From a bacterium BMS3Bbin08 (lineage in GTDB: Bacteria > Nitrospirota > Thermodesulfovibrionia > UBA6902 > BMS3Bbin08): a stretch of 64,000 bases of DNA. The notes under the pieces are model-generated. The model was not told where the DNA came from. It was given only the letters and a program-made list of their open reading frames with translations, and did not search any database. Location of the stretch: contig BDTR01000032.1 in the NCBI GenBank assembly GCA_002897775.1, forward strand, positions 5,556 to 69,555, given 5' to 3'. Shown here in pieces: positions 10,677-20,232 of this stretch; positions within the stretch are counted from its first letter, which is position 1, and every line of letters begins with the position of its first letter. A program made the position numbers and the translations under genes.

Positions 10677-11564
10677 ATGGATATACAACATTTAAAGATA
10701 TTTATCTCAGTTTATAAAAACAGGGGTTTCTCAAAGGCGGCTGTAGAACTCCACCTAAGCCAACCGACTATCAGTGAACATATAAAAAATCTGGAGTTTG
10801 AGCTTGGCTGTAAACTCTTTGACAGAGTTGGGCGCACTATTATTCCGACTAGAGAGGCGGGTATCATATATCCAAAGGCATTACAAATAATAGAAGACCT
10901 TGAAAAACTAAGGGAAGAACTGTCTCATGCCGGAAGTAATATAAAAGGGCAACTGATTCTGGGAGCAAGCACCATCCCCGGTACATACATCCTGCCGGTC
11001 ATGGCATCGGAGTTTAAGAAGCTGTACCCCGAGGTCTCATTTGAAATAATAATAGAGGATTCAAGAAAGATTACTGATATGGTCTTAAATTATGATCTGA
11101 TACTCGGTGCAGTAGGGGCTGAAATGGAACCGGGGAAAATTAACTATCTGCCTTTTATAGAGGATGAGCTGATACTTGCAGCCGGTGAAAAAGTTATTCC
11201 AAAAAATACCATAAGTGTGAAGGGATTAAAAGATGTCCCGTTTATCTTGAGGGAAGAAGGATCCGGAACGCTTAAAACAATGGAGCGTTTTCTAAATAAA
11301 AAGGGGATAGATATCGGGGAATTAAATGTTGTTGCAGTGCTTGGCTCTACCGACTCAGTGAAACAGGCAATAAAGTCAGGACTTGGTGCGTCAATATTAT
11401 CGAGGATTGCTATTAAGGACGAGTTGACTTGCGGGGCATTGAAGGAGATAAGGATAAGAGGGCTGAAAATGAAAAGGAGCTTTTATCTGATTACTCATAA
11501 AAAACGTGCTTTACCGAATCCTTACAATGCATTTTACAACTATCTGAAAGATTCAAAGCGATAG
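10677..11564 (+). CDS. LysR-family regulator (selenium-metabolism/CysL-like)
   Basis: FSKAAVELHLSQPTISEHIKNLE..LF.R HTH; GASTIPGTY, REEGSGT. Confidence 0.92.
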   Translation: MDIQHLKIFISVYKNRGFSKAAVELHLSQPTISEHIKNLEFELGCKLFDRVGRTIIPTREAGIIYPKALQIIEDLEKLREELSHAGSNIKGQLILGASTIPGTYILPVMASEFKKLYPEVSFEIIIEDSRKITDMVLNYDLILGAVGAEMEPGKINYLPFIEDELILAAGEKVIPKNTISVKGLKDVPFILREEGSGTLKTMERFLNKKGIDIGELNVVAVLGSTDSVKQAIKSGLGASILSRIAIKDELTCGALKEIRIRGLKMKRSFYLITHKKRALPNPYNAFYNYLKDSKR

Positions 11565-11600
11565 CTTTGCCCCTCACCCCATATCTCTCCCCAGGCTCTT

Positions 11601-12650
11601 TTAACTGATCTGTACACATGGTTGATTACCGCCTGCTACTTCACCAATTAAAACAGCAGACTCAATTCCTTCATTCTTCAATTTTTCTATTAGAATTGAT
11701 GCATGAGAGTTTTTGACTGAGAGGAGAAGCCCTCCTGAGGTCTGAGGATCAAAAAGCAATTCTTCTTCCTCTGAAGAGAGTTTTATCTTTATCTCTAAAA
11801 ATCCCTCGGACAATTCTCTGTTCGGTTTATTGCTGCCCGTGGTCACTCCCTTGCGATACATTTCTATGGCATTCGGGAAAATAGGCAGATTTCTATAAAA
11901 CAGGTTTATCTGCATTTTACTGCCCTTCGCAATCTCCAGTGCATGTCCGACAATACCAAAACCCGTTACATCAGTACATGAGTGAATGTCGAATTTCAAG
12001 GCTGTCTCAATGGCTTTACCATTAAGAAAAGCTATCCAGGGGAGCAGGGGCTCCAGTTTTTTAAAGGGCAGCTTTTTGGAGCGGCAGGCGTTGAAGAGCA
12101 CGCCGGTCCCCAGCGGTTTAGTAAGAATCAGTGCATCTCCCTCGCGAGCGTCGCAGTTGGTGAGTATCCGCTCAGGGTGAACTATCCCTGTAACCGCAAG
12201 GCCGTACTTCGGCTCATTGTCGTCAACCGAATGGCCTCCGGCCATGGAAGCGCCGGCTTCGATTACTTTATCACTTCCTCCGCGGAGTATCTCTTTTAAT
12301 ATTCCGATGTCAAGCTGCTTTGAAGGGAACATCACAACATTCAGGGCTGTAAGGGGTTTGCCGCCCATTGCGTAAACGTCGGAAAGAGAATTAGCTGCAG
12401 AAATCTGCCCAAACCAGTACGGATCATCCACCGGCGGAGTAATATAGTCGACAGTAGATATTACGGCAATATCAGGTGAAAGGCGGTATACAGCCGCATC
12501 ATCGCTGGTTTCGAAACCTACTAACAGGTCAGGATCATCCGGGGTTTGAATCGATCCGAGCGCAGCCGACAGAACTGTCGGGCCAATTTTTGCAGCTCAC
12601 CCGCAGGTTCTTGCGAGACCTGGTAAGGTTTTTTTCTTAAAAAAAGTCAT
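11601..12650 (-). CDS. selD: Selenophosphate synthetase, selenoprotein (in-frame UGA at codon 18)
   Basis: MTFFKKKTLPGLARTCG-U-AAKIGP...SDDAAVY is in frame with DDPYWFG, ANSLSDVYAMGG, GGHS, TDVTGFG, DPQTSGGLL; TGA at 12597-12599. Confidence 0.95.
12566..12581 (-). promoter_or_regulatory. Putative bacterial SECIS hairpin
   Basis: CCGACA-GUUC-UGUCGG; the loop begins 21 nt after the UGA and starts with G. Confidence 0.65.
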
Positions 12651-12678
12651 ATAACCTCACATTTAATAATTTATCGAA

Positions 12679-12753
12679 ATAGTAAATAATAACTATAGGA
12701 ATGTCAAATAGATATATTTTACAGAATGAGTATCATTTATAGAGAATGCCTAT
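12679..12753 (-). promoter_or_regulatory. selD promoter (TTGACA-N17-TACTAT) plus ATAG-N7-CTAT LysR-type box
   Basis: -35 at 12702-12707; box at 12739-12753. Confidence 0.7.
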
Positions 12754-12854
12754 ATTAGCACGAGAGTGCCGATATCATATTTTGACGGCAATGACTATAG
12801 ATAAGCATTTTCAATGTTGAAACTTGACAATACATCAATACTAATGATATTGTA

Positions 12855-12881
12855 GTGCTACTTTAATTGAAAAAGTAACAC
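12855..12881 (+). promoter_or_regulatory. Putative NikR operator GTGCTAC-N13-GTAACAC
   Basis: Inverted half-sites directly before the nikR ATG, downstream of TTGACA at 12824. Confidence 0.7.
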
Positions 12882-12882
12882 C

Positions 12883-13299
12883 ATGTCCACTGTAAGATTC
12901 GGCATATCACTTGAGAATTCCCTGCTTAAAGGGTTTGACAGCCTTATAAAGAAGAAGGGCTACGCGAGCAGGAGTGAAGCGATCAGGGATCTGATAAGGG
13001 ACAGCCTTGTAAAAGAAGAATGGGAGCATGGCAATAAGGACACGGTCGGGGCTATTTCAATTGTTTATTCGCACGGCACAAGGGAACTTAGCGATACACT
13101 GACCGATATCCAGCACAATTTCCATTCTTCAGTGGTTTCCTCTTTGCACGTTCACCTTGACCATCATAATTGCCTTGAGGTAATTATAGTCAGGGGAAAG
13201 GGCAGGGAGATCAAGAAAATAGCTGACAGGCTGATAGGCACAAGAGGCGTAAAGCACGGAAAGCTTTCTTTAACAACAACAGGGAAAGATCTGAAATAG
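12883..13299 (+). CDS. nikR: Nickel-responsive regulator
   Basis: [17 protein letters not shown] (RHH), [12 protein letters not shown]. Confidence 0.97.
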   Translation: MSTVRFGISLENSLLKGFDSLIKKKGYASRSEAIRDLIRDSLVKEEWEHGNKDTVGAISIVYSHGTRELSDTLTDIQHNFHSSVVSSLHVHLDHHNCLEVIIVRGKGREIKKIADRLIGTRGVKHGKLSLTTTGKDLK

Positions 13300-13352
13300 C
13301 CCCCGTTAGATTCTAACGAATCAGGACAAGGGGGATAATTTTTTATTGCTTG

Positions 13353-13379
13353 GTAGCACAAATATAATAATAGTAACAC
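13353..13379 (+). promoter_or_regulatory. Putative NikR operator GTAGCAC-N13-GTAACAC
   Basis: Same half-sites and spacing as the nikR site, here in direct orientation, upstream of the ECF operon. Confidence 0.6.
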
Positions 13380-13460
13380 TTTTCCGGAAGAGGAAGACGC
13401 AAGAGGGATTATTCAATCCCTGCGGGGACAGCATTTAAATCCAAATGAAGGAGGTCTGCT

Positions 13461-14498
13461 ATGCATATGGCAGATGCATTACTTTCGCCCGGCGTTGGAA
13501 CAACGTTCTGGGCAGGTTCGTTAGGGGTAATTGGTTACTGTGCGAAAAAACTGAGAGAAAATATAAATGAAAAAATGATTCCTTTGATGGGGATCCTGGC
13601 GGCATTTATATTTGCAGCCCAAATGATCAATTTTACAATTCCCGGTACCGGCTCAAGCGGCCACATCGGGGGTGGTATGATTCTTGTCATCATCCTGGGG
13701 CCCTATGCCGCGTTTATTGCCGTTGCTTCTGTGTTGACTGTCCAATGTCTTTTTTTTGCTGACGGGGGCATACTGGCGCTTGGATGTAACATATGGAACA
13801 TGGCCGTATATCCCTGTTTTATTGCTTACCCATTAATTTATGCGCCTCTCACCAAAGGAAATAAAACCCCGGGTAGGATCATGATCGCGTCAATATTGAG
13901 TGTTGTGGTCGCGTTGGAGTTTGGCGCGCTTTCCGTAGTTCTTCAAACGATGTTTTCAGGCAAGACAGAACTTCCCTTTACTACTTTTTTAGTTTTGATG
14001 CTTCCAATTCATTTCGCGATTGCCATCGGGGAGGGTTTTATAACGGGTGGTTTTGTAAATTATATCAGGGTTATAAAGCCTGAGGTTCTTGATGTAGTTG
14101 AAGGTTCCAGGGCATTTTCTGTTAAGAAAGTTCTTGTCAGTATTGGGATAGTTGCAATTATTACAGGTGGGATGCTGTCGTGGTTCGCTTCGACACATCC
14201 TGACGGACTTGAATGGTCCATAGAGAGGGTGTATGGGAAAGCAGTGCTTCCAGGGTACGAGACAGGGATTATTCCGGATTTGAGAGATATTCAGGAAAAG
14301 ACAGCAATTTTACCTGATTATAATTTTCCCGCTGGTAAGGAGGAAAAATCTGAGGGAGCTGCTGACTCCTGGCCAGCGGTTAACGCTGGAACTTCATTTT
14401 CCGGTATAATTGGCAGCCTGATGGTTCTTGGATTGGTTTTTATCCTTGGATTTGGTATAAATGCAGTGAAGAGTAAACGGCGAAACATGGTAATATGA
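13461..14498 (+). CDS. cbiM: ECF Ni/Co transporter S component (CbiM/NikM fused to PDGLE domain)
   Basis: MHMADALL N-terminus, AFIFAAQMINF.IPG.SSGH, PDGLE. Confidence 0.9.
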   Translation: MHMADALLSPGVGTTFWAGSLGVIGYCAKKLRENINEKMIPLMGILAAFIFAAQMINFTIPGTGSSGHIGGGMILVIILGPYAAFIAVASVLTVQCLFFADGGILALGCNIWNMAVYPCFIAYPLIYAPLTKGNKTPGRIMIASILSVVVALEFGALSVVLQTMFSGKTELPFTTFLVLMLPIHFAIAIGEGFITGGFVNYIRVIKPEVLDVVEGSRAFSVKKVLVSIGIVAIITGGMLSWFASTHPDGLEWSIERVYGKAVLPGYETGIIPDLRDIQEKTAILPDYNFPAGKEEKSEGAADSWPAVNAGTSFSGIIGSLMVLGLVFILGFGINAVKSKRRNMVI

Positions 14499-14570
14499 AA
14501 TGAATTTTGTGATCCGCTATAAGGTAATCGTTATTCGTATTAACTTATAGCTGATAACTGTCTTAATTTT

Positions 14571-15377
14571 ATGCCTTCTTTTGATAAAGAATATTTCAAT
14601 CTGGGTTATCTTGACACGTTGTCATATAAGGATACGTTTGTTCATAGGCTGGACCCGAGAATAAAACTGGTTACAACCTTTATCTTTATTTTGTTTGTAG
14701 TTTCGTTTCCAAAATATGAGATCCTTAAAATGTTGCCGTTCTTTTTTTTTCCTGTTTTTATCCTGTCAGTCGGTGAGATCCCGCTGAAATTTATCTTAAA
14801 GAAACTCCTTATTGCTTCGCCATTTGCTCTATTTGTGGGAATTTTTAATCCGTTCTTTGATACGGCGGCAATGTATAATTTTTACGGGATCCCGATCTCT
14901 GGTGGATGGGTGTCATATCTTTCTATTATAATAAAATTCATTTTGACCGTTACTGCCGCGTTACTCCTGGTTGCCACAACGTCGTTTCCTGGCGTCTGCT
15001 TAGCTCTTAAAAAACTAAAAGTTCCAAATGTATTTGTTGTTCAGCTCCTTTTTCTATACAGATACATGTTTGTTCTTACAGCAGAGACTATGCGAATAAT
15101 CCGAGCCAGGAACATGAGGTCATTCGGAAAGAAGGGGCGGGGTATGAAGACGCTTATCAGTATTATTGGAGTGCTTTTTGTGAGGACGGTAGAGCGTTCC
15201 GAAAGAATATACCAGGCGATGTGTTCAAGGGGGTTTGACGGTGAAATCAGACTTTTAACGAGTTATAAAATCGGGTTTGTTGATATTTCATTTGCTATCA
15301 CAGCAATTACTGTTTTTATTATATTCAGAGGATATGATGTAACAAAAACCCTCGGGGAATTAATAACTAAAACTTAA
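14571..15377 (+). CDS. cbiQ: ECF transporter T component
   Basis: HRLDPRIK, FLYRY, ERSERIYQAM.SRG. Confidence 0.92.
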   Translation: MPSFDKEYFNLGYLDTLSYKDTFVHRLDPRIKLVTTFIFILFVVSFPKYEILKMLPFFFFPVFILSVGEIPLKFILKKLLIASPFALFVGIFNPFFDTAAMYNFYGIPISGGWVSYLSIIIKFILTVTAALLLVATTSFPGVCLALKKLKVPNVFVVQLLFLYRYMFVLTAETMRIIRARNMRSFGKKGRGMKTLISIIGVLFVRTVERSERIYQAMCSRGFDGEIRLLTSYKIGFVDISFAITAITVFIIFRGYDVTKTLGELITKT

Positions 15378-15400
15378 AAATAAATCTGTAATTATTAATT

Positions 15401-16135
15401 ATGAGTCATCACATTATAGATTTTAAAAATGTCCATTTTAATTATCCTGACGGCACTGAGGCGTTAAAAGGCGTTACCTTCAGGATTACACATGGAGAGT
15501 CAGTCGGCATTGTAGGTGCCAATGGTGCCGGCAAGTCAACTCTGATTTTCCATATGAATGGTTATCTTCTACCTACAAAAGGGGCAATAATAATCGGCGA
15601 TGTCCAGTTGGGTAAAACTACACGAAATGAAATCAGGAAAAAAGTTGGAGTGGTTTTCCAGGATCCTGATGATCAGCTTTTTATGCCGACTGTTTTTGAT
15701 GATGTTTCCTTTGGTCCTTTGAACATGGGATTGACCAAAAATAGAGTTATAGAAAGGGTTACTGAGGCCTTAAACACGGTAGGTTGTTATGAATTAAAGG
15801 ACCGCCCGCCCCACCATCTTTCCTCGGGGCAGAAACGCGCTGTTTCCATAGCAACTGTTATAGCGATGCAGCCTGATATTCTTGTAATGGATGAACCTGC
15901 GGCAAGCCTGGACCCCAGATCACGCCGGCAGCTTATAGAACTCCTTAAGGAGTTCAAACATACAAAAATTATCGCTTCTCATGATCTTGATCTTATATTG
16001 GAAGTTTGCAAGAGATGTATTGTAATTGCTGATGGGAAGGTGCGCGCTGACGGGCTTACTGAAGAACTGCTTATGGATGAGAAATTACTTATTGAGAACA
16101 GCCTTGAGCTCCCGCTTTCTTTAAAAGGCAGATGA
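15401..16135 (+). CDS. cbiO: ECF transporter ATPase
   Basis: GANGAGKST, FQDPDDQLF, LSSGQK, DEP. Confidence 0.93.
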   Translation: MSHHIIDFKNVHFNYPDGTEALKGVTFRITHGESVGIVGANGAGKSTLIFHMNGYLLPTKGAIIIGDVQLGKTTRNEIRKKVGVVFQDPDDQLFMPTVFDDVSFGPLNMGLTKNRVIERVTEALNTVGCYELKDRPPHHLSSGQKRAVSIATVIAMQPDILVMDEPAASLDPRSRRQLIELLKEFKHTKIIASHDLDLILEVCKRCIVIADGKVRADGLTEELLMDEKLLIENSLELPLSLKGR

Positions 16136-16223
16136 GCGCAAACAAAGGAGTACAGATGAATTTTTTAGATTATAATAAGAAGGGAAGTAGATAAGTTGGC
16201 GCTCTCTACTATATTTAAAAACG

Positions 16224-16424
16224 ATGACTGAACTGGAAAAACTAAAACACCTTCTTCAGCACTGGATGGAGCATAATGAGGCTCATGTGAAGACTTACAG
16301 CGAATGGGCGTCAAAGGCCGAATCCTTAGGTGAGAAGGAACTGGCCGATATCCTGGAACAAATCGCGGCAGAAACCAAAAAGCAGGAAGAGTTGTTCCTG
16401 CGGGCGAGTAAGATTATTGGATAA
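16224..16424 (+). CDS. Small helical protein with HWxEHNxxH putative metal site
   Basis: LLQHWMEHNEAHVKTYSEWA; follows the Ni/Co transporter. Confidence 0.8.
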   Translation: MTELEKLKHLLQHWMEHNEAHVKTYSEWASKAESLGEKELADILEQIAAETKKQEELFLRASKIIG

Positions 16425-16449
16425 ATAGTGGCGCCGCCCCTCTAACCAG

Positions 16450-16520
16450 GTAATTGAGTTATTAAGTTACTATGTCATTAAATACACAATGACTAAATGA
16501 CTTACTGACTTAATGACTTT
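16450..16520. repeat. 8-nt periodic inverted tandem array (family of 1576-1648)
   Basis: tgagttat taagttac tatgtcat ... atgactaa atgactta ctgactta atgactt. Confidence 0.85.
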
Positions 16521-16524
16521 TATT

Positions 16525-17745
16525 ATGCACAATTCATTATACGTCCATATCCCTTTCTGTCTGAAAAGATGTGTCTACTGCGACTTTGTATCCGGGATTT
16601 ATGACCCTCAAAAAGAAACCGCTTATATTAAAGCCCTGAAACAGGAAATAGTGAACATTCCTGATAATGTCTCTTTTGAAACGCTGTATATAGGCGGCGG
16701 CACGCCTACCGCGCTTTCAACAGGTTCTTTGAATGACCTGATCGCGCATATTTTTGAACAGTGTAAGTTCACTATAGATCATGAGGCAACAATAGAGGCC
16801 AACCCCGGAACTGTTGATATCAGGAAGTTAAAAGCGATCCTCTCTTCAGGGGTAAACCCCGAACTACCACAGGGGTACCAGCGGCTTCGCCGCGAGGCGA
16901 GCGGGGCGAACAGGATAAGCATAGGTGTCCAGTCTTTTAATGACGATGAGCTTAAAACTCTTGGCAGACTGCACACGGCTGAAGAGGCAGAAAAGGCGGG
17001 TTCTCTTGCAAAAGAAGCGGGGTTTAAAAACATAGGCATTGATCTTATTTACGGTATTCCGGGTCAGAGTGTTAACTCATGGATAAAGACGCTTGAGAAA
17101 GCAGTACAGCTTGAGCCAGACCACATTTCCACATATGAGCTGACCGTAGAGAGCGGCACACTGCTTTATGATCATATAGAAAAAGGCAGGCTGCAGGGGC
17201 CTGAAGAGGAAAAGATCATTGAGATGTATAACCATACAATTGACTTTTTAACCGCAAAAGGGTTTGTTCATTATGAGATATCCAATTTTTCCATGCCGGG
17301 GTATTTCTGCAGGCATAATCTTAATTACTGGGACAGGGGTGAGTATTACGGAGCCGGCCTGGGAGCCCACTCTTTTATTAACGGCAAAAGGTCATACAAT
17401 ACAGGTGATCTTGAGCATTACATACAGTCACTTTCAAAAAATGAGCTGCCTGTAGAAGGTTCAGAAGTCATAACCGCGGATAAGGCGCTGTTAGAGACTT
17501 TTTTTCTTGGTTTAAGGAAAACAGAAGGGATAAACCTGGAAAAACTGTCCGCGTCTTATGGTGAGGACATACAAAAGGTCTATGAGAAACAGATAAGAGA
17601 GCTTCAGCGGGCTGGATTGATAGAAACATATAGTTCATCCCGAGGTTTCGGGACAAGCCGTGTAACCAGTTCAGGAAATAATCGCATGAGGCTGACAAGG
17701 CAGGGGATCCTTCTTTCAAATGAGGTTTTTATCAGATTTATGTGA
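16525..17745 (+). CDS. hemW: Radical SAM heme chaperone HemW (HemN-like) with two in-frame insertions
   Basis: LYVHIPFCLKRCVYCDF, GGGTPT, EANP, RISIGVQ, YEISNF, HNLNYW. Confidence 0.9.
   Translation: MHNSLYVHIPFCLKRCVYCDFVSGIYDPQKETAYIKALKQEIVNIPDNVSFETLYIGGGTPTALSTGSLNDLIAHIFEQCKFTIDHEATIEANPGTVDIRKLKAILSSGVNPELPQGYQRLRREASGANRISIGVQSFNDDELKTLGRLHTAEEAEKAGSLAKEAGFKNIGIDLIYGIPGQSVNSWIKTLEKAVQLEPDHISTYELTVESGTLLYDHIEKGRLQGPEEEKIIEMYNHTIDFLTAKGFVHYEISNFSMPGYFCRHNLNYWDRGEYYGAGLGAHSFINGKRSYNTGDLEHYIQSLSKNELPVEGSEVITADKALLETFFLGLRKTEGINLEKLSASYGEDIQKVYEKQIRELQRAGLIETYSSSRGFGTSRVTSSGNNRMRLTRQGILLSNEVFIRFM
16858..16911. mobile_element. 54-nt MITE/REP-like element inserted in frame in hemW; second copy inverted at ~48736-48788
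   Basis: GGGTACCAGC(G/T)GCTTCGCCGCGAGGCGAGCGGGGC is shared by both copies. Confidence 0.8.
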
Positions 17746-17845
17746 TCGCGCATTCAGCATAAGATATATCAAATATCTGTTCGCTTCCAGGCGTATAACC
17801 AATTGTTTTTCTTGTTTTTTTAACCTTTATATGTGAAAATTACTG

Positions 17846-18922
17846 ATGCCCTCTAAATTCGAACCAAAATGGATCGCCTGGGAAATAACCCGCAGGTGCA
17901 ATCTTAAATGTATCCACTGCCGTTCTTCTTCTGAGGCTGTGGTGGCGCAGCATCCTGACTTTTCCCTGCAGGAGGCCTTTAGAATTATTGATGACATTGC
18001 AGGCTACGCAAAGCCTGTTATTGTTCTTTCCGGAGGAGAGCCTCTGTTAAGAAAAGATTTTTTTGATATCGCGCAGTACGGAACACAAAAGGGTCTGAGA
18101 ATGTGTCTTGCCACGAACGGGACCCTGGTTAATGATGATGTTTGCGAGAAGATAAAAGAGTCCGGTATCAGGATGGTGTCCCTCAGCCTTGACGGGTCTG
18201 TGGCAGAAGTTCACGATGATTTCAGAAGCCAGAAGGGAGCATTCGCAAGCACGATAAAAGCGGCGGAATTATTCAAAAAACATAATATAGAATTTCTCAT
18301 TAATTCGTCTTTCACAAAACGTAATCAGAAGGAAATTCCAAAGGTTTACAAACTGGCCAAAGAGCTTGGCGCGACCGCGTGGTACATGTTCATGATCGTT
18401 CCGACCGGCAGGGGTGAAGAGATAATGAGCGAGCTTATTTCCAAAGAGGACTACGAGGACATACTTGAGTGGCATTACGAGATGGAGAAAAAAGAAGACG
18501 ATATTCTTGTTAGGCCCACCTGCGCGCCGCATTATTACAGGATCATCCTTCAGAAATCAAAGGAACAGGGAGAAAAGTTTGAACGCAGGTCTTTGAAGTT
18601 CTCCACCGGGGGCGCCAAAGGGTGTATCGCGGGCCAGCTTATCGCTTTGATCGATGTTGACGGGAATGTTCTGCCGTGCAGTTACTTCCCCAAATCAGCA
18701 GGCAATGTAAAGGAAAAATCTTTTAAGGATATATGGGAAAACTCAGAGCTTTTTAAGGAATTAAGGGATTTCAAAAAGTATAAGGGGAAGTGCGGTTCAT
18801 GTGAATATATAAATGTCTGCGGCGGCTGCAGGGCAAGATCATACTCTGTGTACGGCGACTATCTTGAAGAGGAGCCGTTCTGCACGTATGTACCACGCAG
18901 ATTAGCGCAGACTAAAAAATAA
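17846..18922 (+). CDS. ahbD: Radical SAM/SPASM heme synthase (anaerobic coproheme decarboxylase)
   Basis: [44 protein letters not shown]; located in the hem cluster. Confidence 0.78.
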   Translation: MPSKFEPKWIAWEITRRCNLKCIHCRSSSEAVVAQHPDFSLQEAFRIIDDIAGYAKPVIVLSGGEPLLRKDFFDIAQYGTQKGLRMCLATNGTLVNDDVCEKIKESGIRMVSLSLDGSVAEVHDDFRSQKGAFASTIKAAELFKKHNIEFLINSSFTKRNQKEIPKVYKLAKELGATAWYMFMIVPTGRGEEIMSELISKEDYEDILEWHYEMEKKEDDILVRPTCAPHYYRIILQKSKEQGEKFERRSLKFSTGGAKGCIAGQLIALIDVDGNVLPCSYFPKSAGNVKEKSFKDIWENSELFKELRDFKKYKGKCGSCEYINVCGGCRARSYSVYGDYLEEEPFCTYVPRRLAQTKK

Positions 18923-18927
18923 CGCAG

Positions 18928-19116
18928 ATGATCACAGAAAAAAACACAGATAAAAACAAAAATTATATTTATGAAGATTTGACTTATAAAATAATAGGTG
19001 CAATTTATAACGTTCACCAAGAGTTGGGGAATGTACACAAAGAAAGTATTTATCATAAAGCCCTTGCAATAGAACTATCTGAGATAGGAACTCCTTGTCT
19101 TACGGAGGTAAAATGA
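18928..19116 (+). pseudogene. Truncated GxxExxY protein
   Basis: EDLTYKIIGAIYNVHQELGNVHKESIYHKAL; only ~60 aa, ends at the hemE start. Confidence 0.8.
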
Positions 19117-20156
19117 ACGATACATTTCTGAAAGCATGCAGGGGCGAGGCTGTTCCATACACTCCTGTGTGGATCATGAGGCAGGCAGGAAGATATTTGA
19201 AACAGTATCAGAAAATCAGAAAGAAGGTTGATTTCCTTACTCTTTGCAAGACCCCTGAGCTTGCGGCAGAGGTAACTATCCAGCCGATCGACGCACTTGG
19301 CGTTGACGCAGCGATCCTGTTCTCGGATATACTCATCCCTGTTGAAGCAATGGGCATGAAACTTAAATTCCTGGAAAAGAAGGGTCCGGTGCTTACGCCA
19401 CCTGTACGGAACGAAACTGCGCTTAAAAAACTGTCAGTACCACAGCCTGAGACTGATATGGGCTTTGTAATGGAGACCATAAAAATTTTACGGAAGGAAC
19501 TTGCGACCAGAGTTCCTTTGATAGGATTTTCAGGCGCACCTTTTACCACAGCCACTTATATGATTGAGGGCGGCACGTCAAAGAACTTCCTTCACACTAA
19601 GAGAATGATCTTCGAATCTCCGGCTTTGTACGCGTCTCTGATGAGTAAAGTAACCACGACTGTTCTTGAATATCTTAAAGCCCAGATAAAGGCCGGCGCT
19701 CAGGCTGTACAGCTTTTTGATACGTGGGCGGGGATATTCTCACCTTTGGACTACAGGGAGTATGTGTTTCCTTATGTCAGGGAGGTTATTAAGTCCCTGA
19801 AAAGCTGGCAGGCGGCTGAAAACATTCGTGTGCCGGTTATTTATTTTGTGGGCTCATGCAGTGGTCTGCTTGAAGAGATGAGAACATGCGGGGCTGACGT
19901 GATAGGAATTGACTGGAGAATTAATATTGATGACGCGATAAAACGGCTTGATAGTGATCTTTCAGTGCAGGGGAATCTTGATCCGTGCGCTTTGTTCATG
20001 CCGAAAGAAAAGATTCAGTACCGCGTAAAGGACATCCTGAAAAGAGCCTCCAGCGCGCGAGGACATATTTTTAATTTGGGTCATGGTGTTTTGCCTGAAA
20101 CTTCAGCAGAGAATGTAGCCTCAATGGTGGAGATGGTGCACAGCTTCAGCAGGTAA
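19113..20156 (+). CDS. hemE: Uroporphyrinogen decarboxylase
   Basis: PVWIMRQAGRY, AILFSDIL, QGNLDP, FNLGHG; ATG 19113 after GGAGG. Confidence 0.97.
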   Translation: MNDTFLKACRGEAVPYTPVWIMRQAGRYLKQYQKIRKKVDFLTLCKTPELAAEVTIQPIDALGVDAAILFSDILIPVEAMGMKLKFLEKKGPVLTPPVRNETALKKLSVPQPETDMGFVMETIKILRKELATRVPLIGFSGAPFTTATYMIEGGTSKNFLHTKRMIFESPALYASLMSKVTTTVLEYLKAQIKAGAQAVQLFDTWAGIFSPLDYREYVFPYVREVIKSLKSWQAAENIRVPVIYFVGSCSGLLEEMRTCGADVIGIDWRINIDDAIKRLDSDLSVQGNLDPCALFMPKEKIQYRVKDILKRASSARGHIFNLGHGVLPETSAENVASMVEMVHSFSR

Positions 20157-20232
20157 TATACCTAAAAATGTTAGAATAAAAAATTATGAGACCTGTGAAG
20201 GGCTTTTGGGAATTATCTCAATAAGGTAATGC

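Noticed and set aside
11601..12431. selD as a 276-aa truncated ORF or pseudogene
   Set aside because: The upstream frame continues to ATG 12650 through a single TGA at the catalytic position, with a hairpin after it
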